A stretch of DNA of 63,593 nucleotides, filler included, from Basidiobolus ranarum (taxonomy: Eukaryota), in the NCBI GenBank assembly GCA_040143965.1. It is 8 parts of 8 records of this genome, joined end to end, with 100 filler letters (N's around TTAATTAATTAA, not from the genome) between each part and the next. Parts side by side here need not be neighbours in the genome. Positions count along the whole stretch, not along the records: positions 31,935 to 39,802 come from JASJQH010001054.1; positions 39,903 to 47,738 come from JASJQH010001055.1; positions 47,839 to 55,669 come from JASJQH010001056.1; 5 more parts are not named here. One strand, given 5' to 3'. The notes beneath the pieces were generated by a model, which saw only the letters and a program-made list of their open reading frames with translations, was not told the DNA's origin and made no database searches. The position numbers were made by a program, and so were the translations under genes. Shown here one piece after another: positions 38,966-50,592 of this stretch. Numbering within the stretch: position 1 is the stretch's first letter; every line of letters starts with the position of its first letter.

Positions 38966-39802
38966 ATGGCCAAAGCTGATACGACGATCGACTCCCCTGC
39001 CGTGCCGTACCATACTTACGATGTACGTAAGGTTATCGAAGAACTAAATACTGACATTGATGACGGTCTGTCATCAGACGAAGTCAAATCGCGCACTGAG
39101 CGATATGGCCTCAACCAAATGAGTGGGGATAACGGCGTAAATCCCTGGAAAGTCTTACTCCGCCAACTTGCCAATTATCTAACTGTAATCCTAATCATTG
39201 CTATGGTAAAATCGGTTTCTTTCTAGGTTGGCATTCGAATCATAATTAACCATCTTGTTTAGTCCGTTGCATTTTCTGTCAAAGATTGGGTAGAGGGCGC
39301 CGTAATTGCTCTCGTTGTTGTCCTTAATACCGCCATTGGTTTCTTCCAAGAATATCGTGCAGAGAAAACAATGGACTCTCTTCGTAAAATGGCATCTCCC
39401 ACCTCCCATGTTGTCCGCGATGGTAATCAGATTCATGTATCCACGACCGATGTTGTTCCAGTAAGTTCCAAGTTTGATAGACTCTTTTGTTGTATTTATC
39501 CTAAAATATTCGTGGCGAATTAGGGTGACATTCTGTTATTTGAAAATGGTGACGGGATCGGGGCTGATTGCCGTCTATTTGAGAGTTTCAATTTAGAAGT
39601 GGATGAAGCTCTACTCACCGGTGAGTCTGTCCCTGTCCCCAAAACGCTGGAGCGTGTCCAAAATCCTGAAGAGCCCATAGGTGATCGCCGAAACATGGTA
39701 TATGCTAGTACCACTGTAACTAAGGGACGCGGAAAAGGGATTGTTGCTGCTACTGGCATGGAAAGTGAGATCGGAAAAATCGCCAAGCGACTTATCGAAA
39801 GT
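38966..39802 (+). CDS. ENA1: ENA-type (IID) Na+/K+ efflux P-type ATPase, 5' fragment
   Basis: GLSSDEV..R.ERYGLN, WKVLLRQLAN, FFQEYRAEKTMDSLRKMASPT, DEALLTGESVPV, STTVTKGRG, TGMESEIGKIA. Confidence 0.85.
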
Positions 39803-39902
39803 NNNNNNNNNNNNNNNNNNNNNNNNNNNNNNNNNNNNNNNNNNNNTTAATTAATTAANNNNNNNNNNNNNNNNNNNNNNNNNNNNNNNNNNNNNNNNNN
39901 NN

Positions 39903-40295
39903 CCTCTCTCGTCAAACAACCAGCTACCCCTTTTGTTGCTAATCTCACGACTAGCAAACCTATGATTGGGAGGCGCCGGCTGAATGGGCCCAAAACTATG
40001 GCTCAACCCAATGAATCCGACGAGCAACAATGATCCTCGCTCTGGTTTTTGGTTATTTGATCGACGGGGTCCATTCGGTATCAGTCAAGTCCTAGATCCA
40101 TTTCACTACCATTCACACTGTCATTACTATCGCTAATCACCCCACACTCTGTATATGCCCAGCTCTATTCTGTTACTAAAGTTCACACTGGCGCCCGCAC
40201 TAATTCATTCTCAACAACGATCTACCCATCAGCACTGTCATCTTTACTGAATCTTACCAAATAAAGTCATATTCAATGTCGACATCCCTAACCTT
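39903..40295 (+). repeat. Left arm of a long inverted repeat at the contig start
   Basis: Reverse complement of 47341-47738; first 111 bp identical. Confidence 0.97.
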
Positions 40296-41033
40296 CCATA
40301 TCGCCCGCTACAGTATTTCACTAGAGTGCGTTGTTTCTTATGCTTTACTTGTACGCTACGAATTCAACACTATTATCGAATGTACACATAAGATAGGCAG
40401 TAGAAGTAGAAAGCCTCAAATGATCCTAGTAAGATGATCTTATTAAGCAAGAATTGTGGCTCATTGCGCCAGTCGTATTTCATCTGCTATTTACAGATGA
40501 TTGTGCACTCTCACGAATTGAGTTAGCTCGGTCCTAAGATCCAGTAATAGTACATTTATTGATAGGAGTAGTTCAGGGTAGGGTGAATTGGAATGCCGAT
40601 AAAGTCACCTCACTGGGGAGATTCTTTTTGGAGTTCATAGTCGATATTTAGTATAGTGCATACTCAATGTTTAGCATTGTCGCTTGTTTCAAGACTGGAT
40701 CTATAAATCTGAACTTTATGCAGGCCAAGAATAGTAGTAGCCGATGTCTCTGATATCACCAATTGCCGCCAATATACCGGATAAAAACATTTTACTGAGC
40801 AGTTAATGTCTTATGTATAAGGATAGTAAGATGAAACATGATCCTTCCAATTTAATGCAACTTGAGATCCATATATTGATGTAGCCCTCCATAGAATAGA
40901 ATGAAATGTTTGGGATCCATATCAAATTCACCATTCAGTATCAGCGCAGATTCAGATATAAGACCCTCAGCTCACCACTAATTCTTGCAACCAACATCTC
41001 TCCAATTGTCTCAACAAAAGCATCTTCTACAAA

Positions 41034-41429
41034 ATGAAAATCTCCTCACGCACTAATAACTATCGCAGAAAGCCAGTAACGATAAATTGTTCACTGTGCG
41101 AGAAAACTTTCAATCGCAAAGACAATTATCTACGACATTATCGCTCTCATACCGGTGATCTGCCACACATGTGTCCTCATTCCAGTTGCAAAAAAGGATT
41201 TACTCGTAGCGATCAACTTGTTCGACACATCGCCTCCAAGCATAATGATACTCATTATAGGAATGAGTCTCCAGACAGTTCTTCCTCCGCTTATTCAGAT
41301 GATTCTCTACAGACAGTTCGCATGTATGATCACCTACCCACACTTTCTTCAAAGTTCATCAGCTTCTCTCCACAGCAATGCCACTGCCCAGAGAGTACAC
41401 GCATGAGTTTACAGTTTCTTCTGAATTGA
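41034..41429 (+). CDS. Small two-finger C2H2 transcription factor, paralogue 1 (131 aa, single exon)
   Basis: CSLC...FNRKDNYLRHYRSH-TGDLP-HMCPHSSC...FTRSDQLVRHIASKH; C-terminus RMSLQFLLN; TATAA at 40957. Confidence 0.92.
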   Translation: MKISSRTNNYRRKPVTINCSLCEKTFNRKDNYLRHYRSHTGDLPHMCPHSSCKKGFTRSDQLVRHIASKHNDTHYRNESPDSSSSAYSDDSLQTVRMYDHLPTLSSKFISFSPQQCHCPESTRMSLQFLLN

Positions 41430-42860
41430 ATTTTTATTGCGCATCTTGTTTAAGTTAGTATTTTACCAAAGGACTTTTTTTCATTATCATTCTTCTATGC
41501 CATTCACAATTTGTATATATGTACACCTTTTAATTATCCAGCTCATGACTAGAATACAACTTTTTATTAAAATGGTTCCGTACTTTGCCCAGTACGAAGT
41601 TCAGTGTTATCAATCCTATACGCTTTTATTTGCGCTTATTTTTACTCACTGTGGTAGTAGCCATCTTGAATGGCTGAGTTTTACTTATTTGGCGCCACTA
41701 TTTGATGGCTAATGGTATTGCTAAGCTCTGAATGAACGCCCAATATTATATTAAGACAGTTGGTTGTTTGATAAGTGGTCTGACCGGTACATATCCGCTA
41801 TAGTAATCTTCACCTGTGCCCCAATCCAACATATCAATCATCCCTGTTGTTGCTAAGAGTTTCATCCGAGAGTGACTAAAACTCACTTGTCCAATCTTAT
41901 TAGGCAGTTGAATACCCAGCGCTCGGCTCTGACCCTTAAACACCACCAAGTGACTGTTGCTTTCTAGGTCAGATTATTGGATTGATTGGTAGGTTCCTTA
42001 TAATTTATAAGCTTTAGAATATGTTTTACAAGCAATTTGATCAGCGACTGATTCGTATTGTACATAGCGTATGGTACATAGCTTCGAGATACTAAACTCC
42101 CTTTTACCCACTAATACATATGTCTCTTGTTACACTGAGATATTGTATCAGGTATAGATTGGATAGTCACAAGAATGCCAACAATTAAATTTAATATTTT
42201 AACTATCGGTCTAGAATTGGCCATACATCCTAGACTTGGAGAAATGGTTGGCGTGTTTAAAAAATCCGTACACGCTCTAAGGTTTCTGCTAACACTCTCT
42301 ATTTTCCCAGCCAACCAAATGAAATGAGCTTTGTGGATGGAAGCCCCTGATTGATAGAAACCAATCCGCAGTGTGAACCCAGGATTCTCCGTTGATTAGG
42401 AAATAATTCGGTACTTGAATACTCCGAATGCTTATGTAAAGATTATCTGAGATTTGTTTAGGAAGTGTGTTTATGAAATCAGGATATAATCTAAGCAACT
42501 CAGCCAAACCCTGAATAAATAAGTCGCCCAAACAATCAGAACAAAACGAGGATTCTCACTATACTTGATAAAGATAGATTGCAACGTATTACTTGCAATC
42601 AAATTAGTATTTTTATAACGATGAGGTGAATCGCAATACTTGGCTTCCAAGTATGTTTGGAAGCAAAGACCACTCCTGTCGAATAAGTTCCTACAGCCAA
42701 GCGTTGTTTCAATTATTTTTGGGGTTGAGAGTGCGGGGTTCAATTGGTAAGCCTAGGCTTGGTGTCAGAATTACCAGGTTTGAGTTAATAACCTACTTAA
42801 ATTAAGCCATATCAAATATTTATGAGGCAAAATGACACCATTGGATATTTGAGGGAATTT

Positions 42861-42878
42861 TGATCGGTGTGGAACGTT
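42861..42878 (+). promoter_or_regulatory. Conserved 18-bp upstream element TGATCGGTGTGGAACGTT (second copy at 44989-45006)
   Basis: Exact match upstream of the TATA boxes of paralogues 2 and 3, in otherwise unalignable flanks. Confidence 0.65.
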
Positions 42879-42989
42879 CTATTTTCGAATTAGGAAAGTA
42901 ACTACATATAAGTGCCAGGAAGTGTAATCATTTCCCCACTAACCCATATACATCCTTGGAATTCTAATATTCGGGAATTCTTAGAAGAA

Positions 42990-43421
42990 ATGAAAACTAC
43001 CTCACCCTCCCACAACCATTATCAGCGAAAGGCTGCCAATATCGCTTGTAAGATCTGCTGTAAATCGTTCAATCGTAAAGACAACTATACTCGCCACTAC
43101 CGTGCACACACTGGGGATTTCTTACATGTGTGTCTTTATAGTGACTGTCATAAGGGCTTCACACGAAGTGATCAACTGACAAGACATATCACCTCCAAAC
43201 ATAGGATTGGAACACCCGACAGTGACTGTAACTCTATCGTATCTGACGACTCTATAGCTACGATCAGCGATCACAGCTCTGATATTGATCGATTTGATCG
43301 AGAAATCAAGCAAAATAATCTTATGAGTATACACAACCTTATCCACGTAACCATTTTTAATCCAGCCGCAGCTCAACCTCCATCCAGGATGGAGTTAACA
43401 TTCTTGATGAATTCAGAATGA
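42990..43421 (+). CDS. Small two-finger C2H2 transcription factor, paralogue 2 (probable start MKTTS, 143 aa)
   Basis: CKIC...FNRKDNYTRH / FTRSDQLTRH; MSIHNLI and RMELTFLMN motifs; TATA at ~42906. Confidence 0.9.
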   Translation: MKTTSPSHNHYQRKAANIACKICCKSFNRKDNYTRHYRAHTGDFLHVCLYSDCHKGFTRSDQLTRHITSKHRIGTPDSDCNSIVSDDSIATISDHSSDIDRFDREIKQNNLMSIHNLIHVTIFNPAAAQPPSRMELTFLMNSE

Positions 43422-45161
43422 AAATTCCCCCCCCCTCATTTTTTAGGAATTCTCCAGTTATTATTTCCTCTATTTCACCCTCTTTTTAGATCATTATTTG
43501 TACAGCTTGTGAAAGATATTTATCGATATTGGTGTAAATACGCATTCTCCAATTCATACTGAATAAACCTTCGTTATGACAGTAAAAAAGCATCAGACTT
43601 GAAATTGATTTAAAAAGATCCAGACAGGTTTCTCCTCTTACCTAGTACTACTTACCCAGTAACTAGACAAGTATCCCTCCATATCCAGCATGCATTACGA
43701 AAATCAATGACTTAGGAGCATATGATTGGATACCATTGGGTGACCAGATTTGTCGATTATTAGCCACTAAATTTAGCGCCAATAGAACGACTTTCGTAAT
43801 GAAACAAAGCTTGGTTAATAAATCAAAAGGTGGACAAAAAGCAACTCTACAAAACGTAAGGAGTTTGATTCTTCCTCAGCACATTCACTTGAACAATTCA
43901 TATTGAGAAAGAGTTGGTTACTCTTTAAGTAATTACAGTACATAATTGGCAATGGCTGTATATATGGATATTGTTCTTGAGATAGGATTGGAGGTATGTG
44001 GGAGTTTTACAAATGATGTATATATGGATAGCGACGAGAGATTGAATCAATCTAGATGTAGCCGATACGATTCCTGTGGATTTAGAATGGATGAATTTTA
44101 GTGGCATAAAATACTCTAGTTGACCAATGATATTCAATAATTATATTTGGCAAAAGAAACTCCTGGATGAATTAAGCCACTTTATCGAGGCCGTTCTAAC
44201 AAACATAGCTATAACACAGTTATATTTCGATATAATTTATCCGTGCTGCCGCATCTAGTAGAAGAGAGTGTCGACGTATCTCTAACCATATAGGTGGTTG
44301 TCTCCCCAGGATTGCTCAGACCTTCTAATATAGCCATGGAATGAACACATGCATTCAGAATCCAATTATCAACAAAGCAAGTGCACTTAGTTTTGGTTAA
44401 TCAGGAGCTTTCTTACTTGGTTGTTGATGAGTAGATAAGTTCTTTATAGCAAGATGAAATCTGTATCCTAGATGTATCGTGATCATACTGATAAACTACG
44501 ATTTATGATCATTCTAGACAAGATTACTCTACTCCAAGGCTTTCCAAGTCTCCATATTGTCATCCGTACCATAACGAAAATAAAAATGTTAGTGCGGGAT
44601 AGAGAGTTTCAATTAATAACAAATCTAATCCAGTTCGGTAAAATCCCATTGAACAAATAAAGGATTGGTTTCATTTTATGCAGACGGAATTGTGTTCCAT
44701 TTGTTCCATGCTTGGGTAAGACTTCATTATTGCTAGTACCCTAAGACCAGGTTAATTATCGGAGTCTCAACCATATCTTTGTATATTGATCCAAACTGAT
44801 ACTTTCTTAGCGTATTCACGAATCCTGGATTCAAGTGTGTAAATCTATTCTGTGGATACATCGATATTCATGCACAGGGTCGGGGCTACTAGGACTAGGG
44901 TGAAGTAAAGGGTAGGTTAACAAATTGGGAATAATATGCATGGACTTTCTGCTGTACTCGATCATTGGGGCATCATGCATGACTCCTATGATCGGTGTGG
45001 AACGTTACTCTAAACGAATCATATCGCGCTCAGAGTCACACACAAATGCAAAAAAAGCTTGGCTTGGGTCAATACGATATTCACTAGTATATAAAGGGGG
45101 CGAATCTCAATCATCCAACTCATTCCACATTAATAATTACCACCTTATCCACTACTCTAAG

Positions 45162-45602
45162 ATGAAAGCTGCTACTCGCACCACCTATCGCAGAAAGCCC
45201 ATCCAAATTACTTGCTCTGTCTGCCAAAAGTCTTTCAATCGCAAAGATAACTACATGCGTCACTTTCGTACTCATACAGGGGAATATCCTCATCCTTGTC
45301 CTCATTTCAATTGTGGTAAGGGATTTACACGTAGTGATCAACTGCTAAGACACTTGAACTCCAAGCATTCCGAGTCCTCTCCAAGAAACGGATCCCCAGA
45401 TAGTGATTGCGGATCTGCTACCTCAGAGGATTCTCTCCAAACTGTGACGGATCAGCACCCAGAGTTTTCCACCGTACTTTCACATTATGCCTACAAGAGT
45501 AGTTCCACCTCACCAATGTGTATTCACAATCTTATCAATGACAGCGTGATGATTGCACCACAATCAGAGTCTCGGATGCAGCTTAATTTCTTGTTAAACT
45601 AA
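45162..45602 (+). CDS. Small two-finger C2H2 transcription factor, paralogue 3 (probable start MKAAT, 146 aa)
   Basis: CSVC...FNRKDNYMRH / FTRSDQLLRH; MCIHNLIN and RMQLNFLLN; TATATAAA at ~45088 lies inside the longer called ORF, which supports the downstream ATG. Confidence 0.92.
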   Translation: MKAATRTTYRRKPIQITCSVCQKSFNRKDNYMRHFRTHTGEYPHPCPHFNCGKGFTRSDQLLRHLNSKHSESSPRNGSPDSDCGSATSEDSLQTVTDQHPEFSTVLSHYAYKSSSTSPMCIHNLINDSVMIAPQSESRMQLNFLLN

Positions 45603-47340
45603 GTGACCATTTCAAACAAACCGCATAGAACTCAGTTGTATAATACCGCATCTACACGTCTTGGTGACACTGGCAATTTTTTCCATTACATTTCCAACAT
45701 TCCAATATTTTTTATATTGTACATATGTATTTATTCACATTAAAAATCATTGAAATATCAACTTACAACTTGGTCCAAAGTTCTTTAACTGTTGTTATTA
45801 TTATTATTATTCTTGATTTTTGCACAATAAGTCCTGGAACGTTTCGCGTTATTTCTAAGGTACAATACACAACCATTGGCCCAAAATATGCTGAATCTAA
45901 CACTTTTCTACCAATCATCGAGAGGTGATAAGGTAACTTTGGAAGACTTCGCAACCAACAACCTTTCCTATCTGGCTAGATGAGGATATTATGAAAATGA
46001 GAAGTTGGTGGCTACGATTTCAAATCTACTCAAATCGAAATCATTAGATACGATTTTTAGTTTACTTATTAGTAGAGTGTTTAGGATGTACGGTTCATAT
46101 TTGGCTTAATGTCAACTTCTGATTAACCTTAGAACAAAGAGGTTGGAGTGAAGGTACCATTTTCGGAAATAACTCCGGATCAACTCCGTATCTCGACAGA
46201 GCTAGATTGATTTATCAGTCCAGGTTTATTCTCATAATCGTTTCCTTGTTTATGTAGATATACCGAAGCAGCAATAGTGACAGTATGTAAATGTACGGCG
46301 TGCAGTGAAGTCAGTAATTTGCCATGCTATCTCAGGTATCACAAATCCAGCAGGTGGAAGCATAGAAATGCTATGGTACAAGTTCATAAAAATCGGTATT
46401 TCCAACCAGTGACTCATACACCAATTAAGAATGAGAATATAAAAGGAAGTGATACATATGGTTTCATTTTGAAACCATACAAAAGGAATCAGGTCTGGAA
46501 GATCGGTAGCGCGTCTTTTACCCAATGGATCAGTATTCAGCTAAATATAGTAATTCCGTATTGTGTCGTTCCAAGAACATTCTTAATTCGGTCGGTAGGC
46601 CATAATTAGGGTTTTCATTGATCGAACACCGCATATTCCGTCTAACCTGCATCGTAGCTAGCTTCTAAGATTTCTATCGAAAAATCTCGGATCTTAAGAA
46701 ATCTTAGAGTGGATCGTACGTTGAAGTGATCAAATGGTTGGAGGCAGGTGTAAGTCTGTATTTATTTAGGGGAATCAGCCAAATTTAAATATGCCCATTT
46801 CTTATTAAACTGAACCCATTCGATCCTATTTTAATCACTCTCGAATGAAATTTAAGGGTGAAGAAGCGATGAGGCGATGAAACAACAGCCAATACTTAGA
46901 TTTTGAGCACGCAAGAAATATCACCCGTTCAAAAACAGGCTTCAATATCAAGCTGCTTAACTAATAGCCACGTATTCTTTAAAATCTCGTATTACACGAT
47001 TAAAAACTTGTTTATCCTTGTTTGATGCAAATGAAGACCGTTAAGTGTAATGACGGTTATGAGCCACTAATGGGAATGTCACAGTATATTTTTAATGACT
47101 AGAGAATGCATGTGATTCCGTTCGGACCACTGACTCGGCTGAAACTCAATAGCTTGGATCCTTGAGTGGATTGTCACAACAGAAGCTTCGGAATTTAACC
47201 TGACCTGTCGGTAAAATAGACACCGTTTATCTGGATGGTTAAACGTTCTTGGTTAATTTAATTCATATACGACGATAGGTCGATAAATTATTGATTGCAC
47301 CATTTCCTCTAATTTAGATGAATGTAATAATCGAAATAAA

Positions 47341-47738
47341 AGGTTAGGATGGATATGCACAACGAATATGGCTTTATTTGGTAAGATTCAGTAAAAGGTG
47401 ACAGTGCTGATGGGTAGATCATTGTTGAGAGTGAATTAGTGTGAGCGCCAGTGTGAACTTTAGCAACAGCACAGAATTGGATACACACAATGTGGGGTGA
47501 TTAATGATAGCAATGACTATGCGAATATGAAGAGTGATGAAGTGCATCTTGGTTTAGTTGATACCGAATGGACCCCGTCGATCAAATAACCAAAACCAGA
47601 GCGAGGATCATTGTTGCTCGTCGGATCCATTGGGTTGAGCCATAGTTTTGGGCCCATTCAGCCGGCGCCTCCCAATCATAGGTTTGCTAGTCGTGAGATT
47701 AGCAACAAAAGGGGTAGCTGGTTGTTTGACGAGAGAGG
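47341..47738 (-). repeat. Right arm of the long inverted repeat at the contig end
   Basis: Reverse complement of 39903-40295. Confidence 0.97.
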
Positions 47739-47838
47739 NNNNNNNNNNNNNNNNNNNNNNNNNNNNNNNNNNNNNNNNNNNNTTAATTAATTAANNNNNN
47801 NNNNNNNNNNNNNNNNNNNNNNNNNNNNNNNNNNNNNN

Positions 47839-48809
47839 CGATGATGGTAGAAAAAGAGCTTTTCCCCAGGCTTTACTAAAGCAGAAAGGTTATGCTAAAC
47901 ATCCTAAGTTTAGCCCTTCGGACATTATTGCTTCGTTCAACTCGGATGTTGATTTTTGGTTCAATGTAAGTCGGCTAGAGAGAACTTACTAAATTGTAAT
48001 CGTTTTACTAACTATCTGGTAAATTATTGATGCAGGATGAAAGAGCAATGCAACAAAACCAAAGCGATTTTTTGTTCGTTATAATACACGAGTTGATTCA
48101 TGGCCTAGGAATATCGTCTTCTTGGATGGATTACATTCATGACACAGCCCAGGCTCTTACTCCGAATGTTTTGGTTTCCGCTACTACAGAACTATATATA
48201 TTTGGGGGATTTGTGGAGAATATGTTTGATAAATTCCTAGTGGAATATCCATCCTTGAGGCCGTTAACAGAAACTGTGGATCTTCTCGACCGATTCGCAA
48301 GTGGGCCTGGTACGATTTTTGGTAGTGAAGGAGAATTCAATCGAACCTTTTACTACTCACCCCAATATAGACTTGCTTCCAGAATGTTGAATTTAGCAAC
48401 CACCCCACGAACGTTGGCGTTTCTTCCACAAAATGCAACCAGCAATGAGCCGATCATCCTCGAAACCAGCCTCAACCCATATATTCCTGGGAGTTCAATA
48501 TCACATTTTGATTTTAGAACATTCACTAATTCACCAGATTTCCTGATGCGATTCATGGAGGATCGCGGGGTCTCTTTGGAAGAAGATGTTGTTCGTGGTG
48601 GTAGTTATTTGGGTGGACCAATTGGACCTCAATTGATTAGTATTTTAGAAACATTAGGATATGTTATCAATCCCGATCCAAGACCTCTATCGGAGTTTTT
48701 TTCACCAGTTCCACCCAACTCCAATGACGAGAGAGTTGTATACCCCGCTCTTTGGATCCCTTCTTTCGTGATGGTTTCATTTCTAGTATGTACATCTTTG
48801 TTAGTGTAG
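47839..48809 (+). CDS. Zincin-like HExxH protein with hydrophobic C-terminal tail, 3' part
   Basis: FPQALLKQ, DIIASFN, intron, DFLFVIIHELIHGLG, LETSLNPYIPGSSISHFD, DFLMR; terminal hydrophobic stretch. Confidence 0.75.
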
Positions 48810-49202
48810 TATTCTTGCTTCGATGAAAGCTAATTTATGAATTATCTATATATCTTCACTGGAAGTAAAGCTCATCCTTGTTTGCACATGTTGGTTCCAT
48901 TTTAATTGAATTTCCTTCTTATTTAACGTGGTTCCTGGATCCTATTTTATGACTAGGCATATTGATTTGGGAATATGTATGTTAATATGGGCTTATTCTT
49001 AGATGTTCGTCAATATAGATGGTACAATGTATATCAAGAATATCTGGAGGGGTTTTGGCTTTTATGAGTTATTGAAGAAATGCATTCCATGGGTTTCTCA
49101 ATTTGTATGATTAGAAATGGTGCTCAATCGTGCTAGAAGTTGTGATTATGAAGCCAAGTCGGCGTACATAACAGCTGAAATATACATGGTTTAACTTGAT
49201 GT

Positions 49203-49696
49203 TGTTAAAGTATTTGGGGGCCTGTTGGAAGTGGTTCGGAGAATTAGAGAAATTGGTGGTTTTCACTTATTGAGTTGACATTTCTAGTTTTGTCAAGAGA
49301 TGAACAAACAAATGTGTAGAAAATTCCAATTCTGAGAATAGTAAGTGATATCTTAGGGAAATGTGGAATAACTAAATACTAAGCTATATAGTCACATAGT
49401 TAGCTGCCTTAATTTCACTATGCTATTATTCAGTATCTTAATGAGGAATTTACTTACAATATTTGACCAACTTAGAAGTTCTCAGATATATATATTTTTC
49501 AAACTTATCCTAGAGGCCCCAAACTATGCACACATACTCCTGGGTCTTTTCTTAGCACATTCTACATGTTGGTTTGTTTACTTCTTGACAAAAGTATAAA
49601 TGTCAACTTTCCACTCAATAAATCATTAAGTGAAAACCACCAATTCTTTTAGTTCTCCAAATTACTTCCAACAACCCCCCCAAAAAAACTTCAACA
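49203..49696. mobile_element. Two incomplete family A LTRs fused in inverted orientation
   Basis: 49203-~49420 matches 6767-7113 with an internal deletion; ~49421-49696 matches its reverse complement. Confidence 0.8.
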
Positions 49697-50043
49697 ATTG
49701 CTAGTTGGGCATATATGAATGCATCATCGTGATTTGGCATTGATCTATTCACTCAAATGCTAGTTTATATATCACAAATGCTGGAATAGATATAATTCGA
49801 GTTACTCTCGCAAAGCATTCAAGCATATATATTGTATCTTATAAAACCAAGTGGGATTCATCATATATATGTTCAAGCGTTTAATTTTGTCAAGTGAAAC
49901 ATTGTCAGCATGCAACTAGCTACAAAATCTGACAAAAACTCTATACAAAGTGTGATAATGGATATGAAATGCTACTCACTTCAGGAAACGCTCCTAAATG
50001 GATGTGAGCTGGCACTAAATATGGTTGCTATTGAATGTCACCA

Positions 50044-50343
50044 TCAATTAACAGAACGGAAACGCTTCCTCATGTCGAGCTATAAAATCAAAGAAAAAAT
50101 AATTGAATATTAGAGTGAGCTAGCAACCCACTTAATGGAGATTGCTCTCATTGGAGGATAAGAACTTACCAAGCTACGTTTACAAGCAGAGAAACTTTTA
50201 CGCAGTTGTTGACACTCTTCGGGGACTTTGTCAGCATGTTGAGGCTTAAAGCATTCTTTGATGGGATTACGTTCCACTAGAACACAGTCTGACTTTAGCA
50301 TACAGTCAACAAGTTCTTGTCGGATATTATCACAAGAGGGCAT
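50044..50343 (-). CDS. PET191: Cytochrome c oxidase assembly factor Pet191/COA5
   Basis: SC..IRQELVDCMLKSDCV...C...VPEECQQLRKSFSACKRSL-intron-LDMRKRFR; exact 3' end uncertain. Confidence 0.88.
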
Positions 50344-50592
50344 CTTAGAGAGAAGTGAAGGTATAGTAGTCTGCGGAAGTGAAGCTTAAAACTTGTTAAC
50401 TTGTCTAAAAAATCAAAATATTTCATTTTCAAATTGATAATTAAATCAAGTATGTTTACAACTGTGATTTGATCATTATTAATCGCATATATTTCTTGAT
50501 TTCCGCGGAATCATAATTCATTTGAATTTCATTTAAGGAGCTTTAGCAACTTGTGCATACGTTGTATTGATATTCGCTAGAAGGAAAGTGCA

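Noticed and set aside
44925-45161. N-terminal extensions of the called ORFs for zinc-finger paralogues 3 (44925) and 2 (42912)
   Set aside because: They use non-ATG starts; the paralogue 3 extension spans its TATA box and the conserved upstream element; paralogue alignment points to the MK starts at 45162 and 42990.
47056-47066. GGTTATGAGCC resembling the copia PBS or tRNAiMet anticodon arm inside the zinc-finger contig
   Set aside because: No adjacent LTR and no tRNA cloverleaf; probably a chance 11-mer.
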